Source of the DNA: Felis catus
Lineage: Eukaryota
DNA: 64,000 nucleotides
Direction: 5' to 3'
Assembly: GCF_018350175.1 (NCBI RefSeq)
Contig: NC_058368.1
Span: 107,262,001-107,326,000 of the forward strand
Shown: one piece after another, positions 47,674-60,573 of the stretch
Layout: the number at the start of each line of letters is the position of its first letter
Position numbering within the stretch: the first letter of the stretch is position 1
Notes under the pieces: generated by a model
Told to the model about the DNA's origin: nothing
What the model saw: the letters and a program-made list of their open reading frames with translations, nothing else
Databases searched by the model: none
Made by a program: the position numbers and the translations under genes

Positions 47674-48355
47674 TCCTGGTCTTAAACTACTCTTGGTTAT
47701 CTTCCAAAGAGTGTTTGTTGACCTCAAGCAAGAAGAGTCTGCAGTTCACTGATATTTCAGATTTCTACTGAAGTCAATTATGTATTACTTTTATATATCT
47801 TTATTCGAGATTGAGTTAAATCGTGGCAATCAAATGACTTTTGAAGCTCATTCATCGTGAGAGACAGCTTAGAAGAATGTTCTCTTGAGGCTTAAAGATG
47901 CAATATCGACTTTTATTTCGTTTGTTAAATTCAATGTGATACAAATATTTACTGGTGAAAGGTACCACAAAAGTGCTTTATGCTTCCTATGGGGAAGGGA
48001 CTCTGTAACATAAACTTGAGTTTTGTAATTTATACAAGGACTTAAAAATATAGACAATAATTTTCTTCATCTTTAGAATTTTTAAAGTAAATGAACACTT
48101 ATGATTGTATGTTTATTTTTTAAAAAAAGTTTTAAAAATTGAGGAGTTTTGTTCCACAAGCAACCGGTACAGGCTACCCTGGTCTTCTGACAATTATGTA
48201 CTCCTCACAACTGTCTGCTATAAATGCGAATGAACTTTATTTTCTCAAGGAAATATGATTTAATTAAATATTCATGTACATTTTAGAAGCTTTATGAAAC
48301 GATGTCCTTCATTTGCTGGCAAGAAGATAAACTATGACAGAACCTGGTTATTTAT

Positions 48356-48361
48356 AATAAA
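48356..48361 (+). terminator. Candidate polyadenylation signal AATAAA
   Basis: First canonical AATAAA I see after the stop; downstream gtttgtgttgtttcc element near 48402-48416. Confidence 0.6.
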
Positions 48362-49771
48362 ACACAGGTATAACAGTAGTCTTTTTCAAAAACACTGAAA
48401 AGTTTGTGTTGTTTCCTTTCAGTCATACTTGATGTAATTCTTAGGGGTCATACTCACCAAAATGTGCTTATTATAGAGACTGGAAAAGTTAACAAGGGAT
48501 TATAGGCATATTGTTTGTTTTGTTACGCTTTAAATCCTGGCCTTCACAACTGATTAAAATGAGTGGCTTCTTTATTCAATAACTTACATTCCAGGAGAAG
48601 CATTCTTCCTCAATCTCTTCAGCTTTGTGATCAAACTGAACCAAGAACAGGTCAGAAACTGCCTTTAATTGGGGTTAATTTGGGTTCTCACAAAATGTAG
48701 CGTATTGTACATATTGTTCTACACTCTCGTTTTCTTTTTTCGCACAATAGGACCAAAAATTGCATCAAAGTTGATTTGAAAGTTGTAAGTTGCTACCATT
48801 ATTTGGAACTAATTGCCAGGAGGCCATACAGCATTTGCTTTAGCGATGGGTTTTGTACAGGGTAATAGTCTCTTTTAGAGAGGACACTTGGGGAGCCTCA
48901 AAAATAGATAACATTGCTTAATGTTGTGACAAATATGATGGCACTCTCCTTGACCATAACATATAATCTTAATAATGTCAGACTCATTAGAAAGGAATTA
49001 CTGGCACTTTTAGACGTTAAAAATCTTGACAGGGCCAACAATTCAGAATTGATCTCTGCTCTAATATTTTCTCAGCCTTCATAAACCCTTACTTTAATAG
49101 CTTACTTTCCTACATCATGTGGCTTACTTTTTCAGCGGGTTTTATTTTCCTGAGCAGTAAATATATTATCATGCAGTAAAGATAGTCATTTGGAAAGATC
49201 TACTGCAAACTAATAATTGTTAATTATTTCATTAATGAAGAAAAGAAATCAGTGTCTGCTCATCTGTTTAGCTTAGACAACTGAAAAAGAGCCCGAGTTG
49301 TGAGGCGACTACCCAGGGATGAAGTGGCATTCTCTGTAATACTCACGGAATTATGCTGATGAAACAAGGAAATGCAGAGATCTCATGTGACCTTAATTAC
49401 ATACACACATACTGTACTAAAATTAAGATAAGTGCATTTAAGTTCTGTTTTGTGACTTTGCATTAGGCTTTCCTATGATTTTTTTTTCAGGCACTGCAGT
49501 ATTTCCTGACTGAAGATTTATTGGAATTATATTAGTGAAATTAAGAGTGTTTTCCTGTCTGTGCAGTGTCTATTATTTAAAACTCCTTTAAGGTTGAAGG
49601 GCAACACAGCATGAATGCAACCTGAAGCATCATATACGTATGTTACCACCATTACCTTATTTGGATAGCTGCAAGTTTCCTGTTTCAGCATCACTCCAAT
49701 AACAGTTCAATCCTAGTGATCATCTTCTGTCCACTCAATATCATTCTATGCATTTTTCTTGCATTATCCTT

Positions 49772-49979
49772 TTATTTTTTTATTTTTTAAAGTTTATTTA
49801 TTTATTTTGAGAGAGAGAGAGAGAGAGAGAGCATGAGCAGGGGAGGGGCAGACAGAGAGAGGAAGAATCCCACTCAGCGTGGAGTTCAACACGGTGCTCA
49901 GTCTCATGAAACTTGAGATCATGACCTGAGCCAATATCAAGAGTTCAATGCTTAACAGACTGAGCCACCCAGGTGCCCC
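49772..49979 (-). mobile_element. Can-SINE
   Basis: Reverse consensus ending gagccacccaggtgcccc. Confidence 0.88.
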
Positions 49980-49984
49980 TACTT

Positions 49985-50170
49985 GCACTGTATTTTTAAA
50001 CATAATCCTCTCAACAACTCTCAGAATACTGATATTATTTTCTTTATTCAACAGATATGGACACTGAGGCCATGAATAATGAAGTCACATGTCCTGAGTT
50101 ACACTACTGGCATACTGTCCTTAAGATTTAAGTTAACTCTTGTCCAGATCTGGAGCAGCTCTCTTTCCAC
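49985..50170 (-). mobile_element. MIR
   Basis: taatcctctcaacaactct...attattttctttattcaacagatatggacactgaggc. Confidence 0.65.
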
Positions 50171-51460
50171 GTGAACCCAAGGCTTCTCAGCTGTTGGGGT
50201 GATATAGAAGACAGTGGGCAAAGTTCTGGCTGACACCATGAACACGTTTGATCCGCCGTTCAGCTTACGTCTGCTGTATGCTCATTCTGGGCCAAACTTA
50301 GTTTGCTGATGTTTGGTCAGTAAGAGCCCGTTCAGGCTTTTCATCCCAGTCTTCCACCACTTTGCTAGCTCCCTCTGAGTAGCACTGTGTTGGGGAAAGG
50401 TTTCTTCTAATTGCTTGCTCACAGGTCACTGGATATCAGCCAGTAGAAAAAAAAAATGCTGAGGGTTCCTGATGCCAGCAGCAGCCCTTATCTCTGTGGT
50501 GTCAGCCTGCTGAGTACAGAAGCTGTCTGCCATGAGCACCACCATGTAATTGTGTGATTATTTATGTCATTTGACCCATACAGACTTGGCATAAAGCAAC
50601 TTTGTCAGAGCTATTTCTGAATCCAAGAGTTGAACCCATTGTGCCTAGTAATAGACGAAGAACAATAGGAATAAAATCCCCAAGTGTGTGAACTGATAGT
50701 CCAAACAACAGAATGGAATGCTCCCTCGAAAGGGAAACTATAAAGTCCCACTGTTTCTAACATAAGAAAGCTGGAGCCCATCTCCTCCAGTCAGCAGCTC
50801 CATTTCGGGGCTACTCTGGTTTCACGTGGTTGCATTTTCAGATCAGGCCTGAGCAGTTCCTTCTTGCAGGAAGAGGACCCAGAAGACAAGGGTCCTTTCT
50901 AATGGCTTGGATTGCCCAGATTGCCTGTCATGCTGCCAGTCTTGTTAAGCCCTCACCTGGTACTGTCTTGTTCTTGAGGGAATGGCCTAAGCCAGACGTG
51001 GTCCTAGAAAGAGACTGGTGTCTTCCCTCTTTACCTCTCTGCACCCAACACAAAATATTTTTAAGCAGGTAAAATATACCAAGATGAGTTTCAAAGAGCC
51101 AGTAAAATAGCTATAGTTCTATTTCAGCCATGGTGACGAGATATGTATAGGAGAAGGAAGGCATCAACACATTTGAATTATGTGGCCAAGTTGCCTTTCT
51201 TTCCCTACCACTTGCTTTCTGAGTCACTGCAAGTCCCCTTCAAATTTCTTACCCTAGGGATGTCTGTAAGAAGGCACTGCTAAATTCTGCAGGAAATTGT
51301 ACACTTAAGCTCTCCTTTGTGCTTGATTATTGAAGGCGTATCTCTATGATTATGGATATTACAAGGCAAGTGGGCAAAATAGTGTCCTAAGGGACAATAC
51401 AGGTATCTGTTATCACTTCTTAGTGCTGCTGACTTGTCTACCCTTCCCATCTCCACTCTT

Positions 51461-51682
51461 TTCTTTCTTAATTTTTTTTAACGTTTATTTATTTTTGAGA
51501 CAGAGAGAGACAGAGCATGAATGGGGGAGGGTCAGAGAGAGAAGGAGACACAGAATCCGAAACAGGCTCCAGGCTCCGAGCTGTCAGCACAGAGCCCGAT
51601 GCAGGGCTAGAACCCAGGGTCCGCAAGATCATGACCTGAGCCGAACTCTGACGCTCAACCGACTGAGCCACCCAGGCGCCCC
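51461..51682 (-). mobile_element. Young SINEC_Fc
   Basis: TSD t(t/c)cccatctccactctt 51444-51460 / 51683-51699. Confidence 0.93.
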
Positions 51683-51930
51683 TCCCCATCTCCACTCTTA
51701 TTAGCATCCCAATTATTGTCAAACATACAATACGTGCTGAGTCCAGAAGCCTTCTAGATCTTCAGTTTTTGAGCAGTGGCAACAGTAGAGGCAGGATGGA
51801 GATGCAGAATAGATGCCAGTGCAGCTCGGCCTCTGTGTGCCCCCCAGCCTCTCGCAGGCACCAGCTGCACTGCCAACATTGCCTTGACAGATGGTGGGGA
51901 TGAGGAGACTTCCTTCGGCGGTGATTCATG

Positions 51931-51943
51931 CCCCCAGGTGGCG
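51931..51943 (+). promoter_or_regulatory. Candidate CTCF core motif
   Basis: CCCCCAGGTGGCG, 12/13 match to CCASYAGRKGGCR, within a GC-richer unique island. Confidence 0.4.
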
Positions 51944-52165
51944 ACATAGTCACATCTGCCAACCACCTGGTGCTGGCACAAAGCTGCCAGCATTTTCATT
52001 TCCATCTTCAATTTTGACATCCACTTGTCTGTTTCCCTCTTCCTTTCTCATGTCGGAAGCTGCCAAGGGCTGTGCCATATTTAGCGTTCTCTTCCGTGAA
52101 GGATTTTACTTCAGTTGAATTAAATAGATACGTATTCATCTGTAGGTTGATTTAAAAGTAGAGAT

Positions 52166-52388
52166 GGGACGCCTGGGTGGCTCAGTTAAGTGTCTGATTC
52201 GGCTCAGGTCATGATCTCACAGTTAATGGGTTCAAGTGCTGAGTCCTGCTCTGTGCTGATAGCTAGGAGCCTGGAGCCTGCTTCACATTCTGTGTCTCCC
52301 TCTCTCTCTGCCCTTCCCCCCTCACTCTCTGTCTCTCTCTCAAAAATAAGCAAACATTAAAAACATTTTTTTACATAAATAAAAAATA
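52166..52388 (+). mobile_element. SINEC_Fc-type SINE
   Basis: TSD aaaag(t/c)aga(g/c)at 52154-52165 / 52389-52400. Confidence 0.9.
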
Positions 52389-52552
52389 AAAAGCAGACAT
52401 ACTGAGTTTTTATTATCCATCATGCACAAGTATACATTCTTGATATTCCATTCCCTGCTGCAGTCATTATAGGATCAATTTTGATGAAATTGGTGAGTAT
52501 AAGATTGGAAGGGAAAAAAAATGTATTTACAATGATTTAAAATGGGCCTGTT

Positions 52553-52996
52553 GGGGTGCCTGGATGGCTCAGTCATTTAAGCATCTGACTCTTGATTCTG
52601 GCTGAGGTCATGATCTCATGGTTTGTGGAATCTAGCCCGGCAATGGGCTATGCACTGACAGTGCAGAGCCTGCTTGGGATTCTCTGTCTTAGTCTCTCTG
52701 TGCCCCTCCTTTCCCCCCCCCCCACCCCCCACCATGCTTTCTCTCAAATAAACATTTATTTTTTTTAATGTTTTTATTTATTTTTGAGACAGAGACAGAG
52801 CATGAGCAGGGGAGGAGCAGAGAGAGAGGGATACACAGAATCTGAAGCAGGCTCCAGGTTCTGAGCTGTCAGCACAGAGCCCGATATGGAGCTCAAACTC
52901 ACAAACTCTGAGATCACGACCTGAGCCGAAGTCGGACACCCAACCGACTGAGCCACACAGGCCCCCCTCAAATAAATATTTCAAAAGCAATAAAAT
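52553..52996 (+). mobile_element. Older Can-SINE hosting an inverted SINE
   Basis: Degraded TSD aaaatgggcctgtt 52539-52552 / aaaatagacctatc 52997-53010. Confidence 0.85.
52758..52967 (-). mobile_element. SINEC_Fc-type SINE nested antisense in host tail
   Basis: TSD tcaaataaa(c/t)attt 52744-52757 / 52968-52981. Confidence 0.9.
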
Positions 52997-54321
52997 AAAA
53001 TAGACCTATCATATAAAAAGAGAGTGTTCAACAGGAAAAAAAAAAAGATGCTTTTCTTTTTTCCTAGAATGCTCTTTATTTTGGTAAAGTGTTAACCAGT
53101 TAGCAAATATTTATTGAGAACTTCTTGGGAACAAAAAGCTCAAGCAGGAACTCTAAGACTGAAAATATGCGTCACCTGAAGGCAAACTTAGAGCTTCACT
53201 CAGGCCTCCTATGGAGCTGTTCTCCATTTCCTTATCAGGTCTTCCCCAACTCCTATTCCCTAAATCTCCACAGCCTTCACATTTCCTTGTTTTATCCAAG
53301 TGGGGAGAAGTATGTGTATATGCCAAATAGAATCTGAGATCTGAAGGTGAATTTCAAATACAGAAATATGAACCCACCTTGATTCTTGCCTTGATTCTGG
53401 CAGGAGGTGTTCAACTTCACATCAGTCAAAAATAACTCAGGGCCAGAAGTTCATATAAAAGTGAAAATATATACCACAACATTAGGAGTAATAGCTTTCT
53501 GTATCTCATCTGTTAACTATTCACAATCAGCCTCAGGTTTATTTCCCCTTCTTTCCCAAACTTACCAAAGTGGCTCCAACACCTGTTTCTGAAAGGAAAC
53601 TCTTGATAGGTGGTAAGTCAAATGTTAAAGGCAGTGATACTAAGAAAATGGGGGAGGGGGAAAAGCAGTGTTCTGTGTATCCTTGAATTATTTTATTTTT
53701 CACTTGTCTCCTAGTTTTCATGCCATTCTAATATGCCGATAACCTACTCTTCTTTTTAATATTTTTATTTTCTCTGCCACTGGGTTCTTCCCTGTCCCTC
53801 CCCCCACTCCCACTTGGAGCTACTTGATACTATGTAAGCTTTAGACTGCAAGTTCCTGGTATTGGTTTTGAGAAGTTATATAAATCATGAGCTTGAAGGC
53901 TGAAGTTAAGATAAACTTTTCAACTCTTTTTCATTAGCAACCCTGGTCTATTTAAAGTATGCTGGGATTCATCTATCCTCCTTGTTAGCCAACTGGAATC
54001 TCAAGGGCACAGATTTTACAAAGCCCCTTGCGCATTTGGACTAGAAACTGAAAGAAGAGAACTTTGAAACTCTTTGATCCGCTCCAAGTGCTTCCCGTTT
54101 CTCAATTAATCTGTTCAACATTAAATTCAGGTTTGTGCTCTGATGGAAAAAACGTTGCATCAAAATGTTTACTGAGCTAATCATTCAGTTAAAAGAAAAT
54201 AGATTTTAGGAATAAATCTTACTGTGTATTTTTTGAAATCATTTTGCTTTTGTAAACTAAATTTATCACAAAAGATACCAATTTGCATATATTTTATAGT
54301 ATTTTTCTGGAAATCTATTTT

Positions 54322-54502
54322 TTTATCAACACAGAGAGAATGCAGGCACACAAGTGGGCGAGGGGCATGGGGAGCAGGAAGGAGAGAATCCACACTCAGC
54401 AAGTGAAGCCAGCCACAGGGCTCTATCTCATGACCTTGAGATCATGACCTGAGCCAAAATCAAGAGTGCCACACTTAACTGACTGAGCCACCCAAACACC
54501 CC
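54322..54502 (-). mobile_element. Older Can-SINE
   Basis: gagatcatgacctgagccaaaatcaagag...gagccacccaaacacccc. Confidence 0.85.
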
Positions 54503-54929
54503 TCTGGTGATCCATTATTACATAGATCTTCCTTAAGAATATCAAATAATTATATGATTTAAAAACTTATCAGTGTGTTTTCCCAATATCAATAATGTTC
54601 ATATTTTCATATGCTACATAAGACAAGCAGAATTCTTTTAAGAAGGCTAAGACTCAGAGCTCCGAAGAGAAAGGAACCATTATTGCTCATAATTAATTAC
54701 CCATACTTTCTTTTACCCCTACCCCTTAGACAATGTGCCATTAATTTAGAAAAGGATCCTTTTGTTTCCAAACACTTCTGCCACCTATCACCTCACTTAG
54801 GAAGGAAGTCATTTTAATAAGGAAAGGGAAAAGGCAAAGTGATTTGTTTATGTTATTTGACTCCTTATTGTGACTGCAAAACAATATTGTTCATTAAATG
54901 TTACTCTGCACTGTTACTTAGGAAACCTC

Positions 54930-55070
54930 TCCTTTGAGCTTCATCAGCTCTCAAGTATGTCCCATTTTCCCCATTTTACAGATGAGCAAAATGACTTCAG
55001 AAAGATGCACTTTGTTACTGTAATTTTAAAAACTAGAATTTGCTTTAGAAATGTCCAGAGTCACCTTTGT
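54930..55070 (-). mobile_element. MIR fragment
   Basis: ccccattttacagatgagcaaaatgac. Confidence 0.55.
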
Positions 55071-55082
55071 TTTAAACTAATA

Positions 55083-55368
55083 TTTCACTCATATGGGGAA
55101 TTTAAGAAACAAAACAGATGAATATAGGGGAAGAAAAAGATAAATCAAGTAAGATGAAAACAGAGGGGGAGGCAAACCAGAAGAGACTCTTAAATACAGA
55201 GAACAAACTGAGGATTGATTGAGGGAAGGTGGGCAGAGGATGGGCTAAATGGGTGATGGACATTAAAGGAAGACAATTGTGGTGAGCACTGGGTGTTTCT
55301 ACTCTTGAAACCAATACTACACTATGTGTTAACTAACTTGCATCTAAATTGTAAAATGTAGAAAAAAA
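55083..55368 (+). mobile_element. Carnivore L1 3' end (short 5'-truncated insertion)
   Basis: tttcactcatatggggaatttaagaaacaaaacagatgaa...gagactcttaaatacagagaacaaactgagg...gagcactgggtgt...tgttaactaacttg. Confidence 0.85.
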
Positions 55369-55494
55369 ATATCTGAGGATATTTAATCTCCATTTGGATA
55401 AGATTCAGCACTGACTTTTGAAGACCCAAGTTGTGGTTGTTTGAATTTGTATGTTATAAAACTCCACAAGTAAGCAGGATTTTGATTATATATA

Positions 55495-56110
55495 GTTTCA
55501 TTGTTACTCTCTTCTTAAAACTCTGTAAAGTTTTCCAAGCTTACTCAGAATAAAACCCAAACGCTTGTGCCTGGTGATCTGCCCTTGCTTCTCCCCTACT
55601 CCATCCCCTGTCTCCTCACCCACACCCTGCTGTGTTCTGTTCCCATCACACTGGCCTCTGCTCAGATTTTTAAGCGTGCCAAACTCGCTCCCATGCTTAG
55701 GCCCCTGCCCTACATGTCTCCTGAACTTAGAAAAATCATCCTTGAGATCTTGATCTTCTTCTCATGGCTGGCTTCCTTTCTGTACTTCAGGTCTCACCAC
55801 AGAAGTCATCTCTGGAGAGAGGTTTTGCTCACCACCAGTCTTAAATGGCAACCTGCCACTTCATCTAAGTTATGTTCCTTAACCTCTCTGTTTATCACCA
55901 TCAGATCATCATGATTACCCTGAGAAAGCATTTCATATACCTTTGTCTGGCATATTGTTTGTGTAAATCTGGTGTTTTTTTCATTGTTTGCTTTTTTATA
56001 TACCTCTCTCCTTGTCTCCTTCCTTTCTAAATAATACACTCCATTAGAGCAAGGGCCATTACTGTCTTGCTCAGTGCTGTGCACTCAGGCTCTAGACGAG
56101 TGCTTAGCTG
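55495..56110 (+). mobile_element. L2 fragment
   Basis: ctcagaataaaacccaaa...cacactggcctc...catggctggcttcctttc..cttcaggtctca...ctccattagagcaagggcc... Confidence 0.7.
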
Positions 56111-56436
56111 AACTCTCACTCTGGCTCAGGGATCTCAGTGCTGGGAGCATGACCCTGACTTAAAGAACACTGCTTGTATTGATCAGGCTCCTCTCCATTT
56201 CTCTCTTCTCTATCCCTGTAATTATTCTTCTTCCTTAATGCACCTTTTCACTTATTTTAGCTCTGTGAGTTTGCAGCTTCATTGTATTCAGCGTCATGCA
56301 TCATTTTATTCCTTTTACTCCTCTGCCCATCCATCAGCAAATTTTTCATATTTTAGAATAAGCTGAATATTTGTTAAATAGTAAGCAATACAGGGGGGGA
56401 AAATACCTCCCTCCTCATAAGAATAACAAAACACGA

Positions 56437-56653
56437 GGGACACTTGGGTGGTTCAGTCGGCTGAGCGTCCAACTCCAGCTCAGGTCATGATCTCACAGCT
56501 TGTGGGTTCGAGCCCCGCATTGGGTTCTGTGCTGACAGCTCGGAGCCTGGAGCCTGCTTCGGGTTCTGTGGCTCCCTCTCTCTCTGCCCCTAACCCACTC
56601 GCATTCTGTCTCTCTCTCTCAGAAATAAATAAACATTAAAAAAATGTTTTTTA
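56437..56653 (+). mobile_element. SINEC_Fc-type SINE
   Basis: TSD-like aagaataacaa..aca(c/t)ga. Confidence 0.9.
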
Positions 56654-58086
56654 AAGAATAACAACACATGAAAAAACCAACCCCAAGTTCAAAGGGTTCT
56701 CCCCGATATCAGCAAGGATACTATTGCTTATTTCTTTCTTCCTCCTACTCTGCACAGTTGTGGCGGTGCTTCCCTTTAAAAGCTGTTTTTATTTCCAGAA
56801 TATGGAAATAAACCAGGTCTCCAGTTGTCATTGTACTATCACCTAATCCATGCTCTCAGATCTCTCCTATGTTTGAAATTGTAGATCAAAGACTCTAATT
56901 TAAGGGAGTCTACACTTCTGTGAAATCCAAACACCCCTGGGGTCTATCAGTGACCGTCGTGGACTCAGGGATCCACCTTATCAAGGGGTTTTAAGCAGAT
57001 TTTGAGACTGACTGGTCTGTGTTAACAAATCTTACAAGGCAAAGAATTCCAATGGCTCCTCAATACAATGATAACAATGCTGATTAATTTACAAAGGCAT
57101 ATTGGCTGGCTCCATGTTATTATCTTTTCAATATCCAGAGCTTCCTAGAAGCAAAATTCAAGAAAAAGGGGTATCTGGTAAGCACAGGTTTGGAGTTAAT
57201 GAAAACGGATGATGATAAACCATATTGCCCTCAAGCTCTGAGGGGCTGAGAGTCAAAGGCGTAAAGCAAGAGTCTCCCTGGACTATAAGTCTTTATCTCA
57301 GATGGGCTACTAATCATCCTTCCAATGCGTGTTACTATATTCCCTCTTCAGTTACAGCACTGTTAGAATAAAGTCTAGTATCCTAGTGCATGTACAGCCA
57401 TGTTTTAGAGGGCAAAATATTTTGGACTATTTCAGTCTTCAGAGCTTATTAAATTATATTTTTAAAATATCAACTAGGGCAAACTAAAATCTTGCACTCT
57501 ATGCAAGAGCAATTGTAAAAAAAAAAAACCTGCATTCTTACTAATGTGCATCGGTGACTAATGATCAGGCTAAAAAGACAAAGAGAAAAATATTCAGAAG
57601 CTTTTAGTGCCTTGAACTCACTTCAGTTACACACTTTATTTTAACTCAGCTGTTTGAACTTTGCAATCAAATGTGTGCTTTGCAGCTACACTGAAAAAGC
57701 AGTACATGAAGGCAGCACCTTCTACGTTATTGAGAAAGTGACTAGCCACAGCTAATGACTAATTGCTAATTGATATGTCATATCCATCACACATGTAAGT
57801 ACAAATGAGAGAGAATTGGGTTATACAGAAAACAAACTGTTTGAGGCATGACTTTCACCTTGACCTTTACTAAACCCAGACCAGCTCTGACTTCTTAACT
57901 GTAAGCAAGTAATTACCAAGCAGCTAGAAAATTCCAGTCTGCCAGTCTCTCTAAAATCATGGAGGTACTGTAAGAAATGCCTCTCGTTCTTGCCCCTGTT
58001 CTAGCTTGTATGCACATTATTCTTCTATCATGACAATATGGCTTTATGAGGGATGTGTTAAATACGGTTAGATTACAGATTATTTT

Positions 58087-58307
58087 ATATAATTTTTTTA
58101 TTTTTTTTAATGTTTATTTTTGAGACAGAGAGAGACAGAGCATGAACAGGGGACAGTCAGAGAGAGAGGGAAACACAGAATCCAAAACAGGCTCCAGGCT
58201 CTGAGCTGTCAGCCCAGAGCCCAACGTGGGGCTCGAACTCACAGACCGCGAGATCATGACCTGAGCCAAAGTGGGACGCTCAACCGACTGAGCCACCCAG
58301 GTGCCCC
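58087..58307 (-). mobile_element. SINEC_Fc
   Basis: TSD agattatttt 58077-58086 / 58308-58317. Confidence 0.92.
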
Positions 58308-58849
58308 AGATTATTTTTTATTGACTTCATCCTTACATTGAATCCATGAGGATTGGGGGTGGGTCTGTAGTCCCAGAAACCACACACCTCTATTCGAGTT
58401 TATTAAAACCAGCTAATACAAGGCTCTGTGCCAAGGTTAGAGGTATGAAATTGGCAAAGCCTGTACTTCATCCCCATTCTCCATTTCATGTAAGTGGGAG
58501 AAATAATTTTCCACTTCACTGGGGACCATTTCTGCCCTTGCAATCAAGTTGTAGTCCTGCACAGAGAATGGGAGTCTAGCTAAAATCTGTATATGATTCT
58601 ATTTTTAAAATGCTTAATTCTTGTCTTTAATAGTATTTTCCAACAGATTCCACCGCATTCATCAACATATTTTATTTTTTGAAAATTACAGAAAAAGAAT
58701 AAGAATAGAAACTTGATTAAGCAGACTCAGGGACCTCTAAGCCCCAAACAATATAACGTTCACTACAAGGCTGGGGACTTGATCCCCAAAGACCCCAATC
58801 CCGTTAAGTTTTTAAACCTATATTTATTTTGTGCTGATACAAGAGGTAT

Positions 58850-59322
58850 CTGTCTTAGAGAACAGTCGATCGTTTACTTATGGAACATCGCGCATTGGTT
58901 TCCTATACCCCAGCTGCCTACGGGGTGATGCCACAAAAGCAAGACATACCTGAAAGTGTGCAAGGGGTGGAGACTCATATCACAGGAGAGGAACTCTCAA
59001 ATTGTGAATCTTGGAGCTTTCGTAGAATGCCTGGCAGAGTTGCCCATTGTCTACTCAGGAGGAGAGACCTTATCTTTCTAATATGAATAAATCCTCTCTG
59101 ACCAGAAGAGAGCAAGGACGCCAGAACCATTGCCCTTGTAACCTAAACTCTTGTTGGAGGGGCACTATATCTGTAAATCTTTCTCTCTGGTGTATCTCAA
59201 TTTAGCTTCCATGGTGTGTGTGCCACTCTTTCATCTTAACCCCAGTTTCTGGCAATGTCTGCTCAGAAAGCTCTGACCATAAAGAAACATGACAGGAGTC
59301 ATGGAACAATGTCTCCTGAAAC
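58850..59322 (-). mobile_element. Old ERV1 LTR, MER110/MER90-like (boundaries approximate)
   Basis: Reverse strand ggagacattgttccatg...tttctttatggtcagagctttctgagca; acaggagaggaactc motif. Confidence 0.45.
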
Positions 59323-59472
59323 TCGGTGTACTCACTTGCAAGATTGCCTCTTAGTGATGTGACAGTATATGACACAACATGGCAGGGTCTGGAGCCATAC
59401 ACTGGTTTTCTTTTGGGTCGGAAAGTAACTATACTTTGTCTCAGTCCCTGTTTCTAAATGCTTCATCTTCTT

Positions 59473-59707
59473 GAGGCATCTGGATGGCTCAATGGCTTAA
59501 GTCTTCTACTTCGGCTCAGGTCAGTCATGATCTTGCAGTCCATGGGTTGCAGCCCCACGTCGGGCTCTGTGCCGACCGCTGGAAGCCTGGAGCCTGCTTC
59601 GGATTCTGCGTCTTCCTTTTTTCTCTGCCCCTCCACTGTGCTCGCTCTCTCTCTCTCTCTCTCCAAAAAAATAAATAAGTAAACATTAAAAAAAAACCTT
59701 AAAAACA
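59473..59707 (+). mobile_element. SINEC_Fc-type SINE
   Basis: TSD aaatgct(t/g)ca(t/a)cttctt. Confidence 0.9.
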
Positions 59708-60573
59708 AAATGCTGCAACTTCTTTTAGTCCTTGGAGATCAGGGTGAGTTTCTCGTCTTCTTGTTCTCTTACCTGTCAATAACTCATGAAGTTGGATTTT
59801 GAAGGTTCACTTTTATATTGATTCAGAAAACTAAAAGAAGCGATTAAGTACTTTTTCTTTAAAAAAAGGGGGTAAAAATCAAGAGTGACTTAATGTTTTT
59901 GCCTAGAAAACTTAGAAACTTGCTCCTGAAAAAATACTGCTCATTTGTAACAGGGATTCCCTCTGTCGTGGTTTGCTTTGAGATCTGGAACCATTCGTAG
60001 AGATTTTATTGTTTAGGTGGCAATGTGACTATTTTAAGTGTCTACACTTATGAGTAAAGCAAAACAAAACAATTTCACCCCAAATGAAAGTTTAGGTATT
60101 AAAGGGTTATTCTCAATTGGAATGGAATTTCAGCATTAGAATTTTATTTAACTTATCTTTCAAATCAAAGGTTTTGTCCTGACAGAGATGAATGCATCTG
60201 CTAATGACAGAAGCATTTGTCATTTTTATGAACTTGACATCCTCTTCTCTCATCAGTTCTAATCCAGGTCAAAAAGGCACACAACATTCTGCAGAAATTT
60301 TTAGGTAGTAGAAATTTTGACACTTTATCACTGCTTAGGTGAAAATTAAGGATAGGTGTGAAGAATATCAATTTTTTGTTACTACTATTATTTCTGTACT
60401 CAAAAGGTGTATTTTAGTTTAACAGTCTCTGAGTAACCTTATTATATGCAAATTGGACAACTTTTCCAGCCTTTATAATTTAATCATTATTTCATTATTT
60501 ATCCAAATGCTCTACTGAAACTCAAATAGAAGGCAGAGTTGATGTTACAGATCTATAGGAAGTTTTCAGTAGA

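Larger units (their letters stand above)
47549..48390 (+). other. CHSY3: CHSY3 3' UTR (end approximate)
   Basis: Follows stop codon; lacks interspersed repeats; AU-rich; bounded by AATAAA at 48356-48361 with a GT/T-rich tract about 40-60 nt downstream. Confidence 0.65.
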
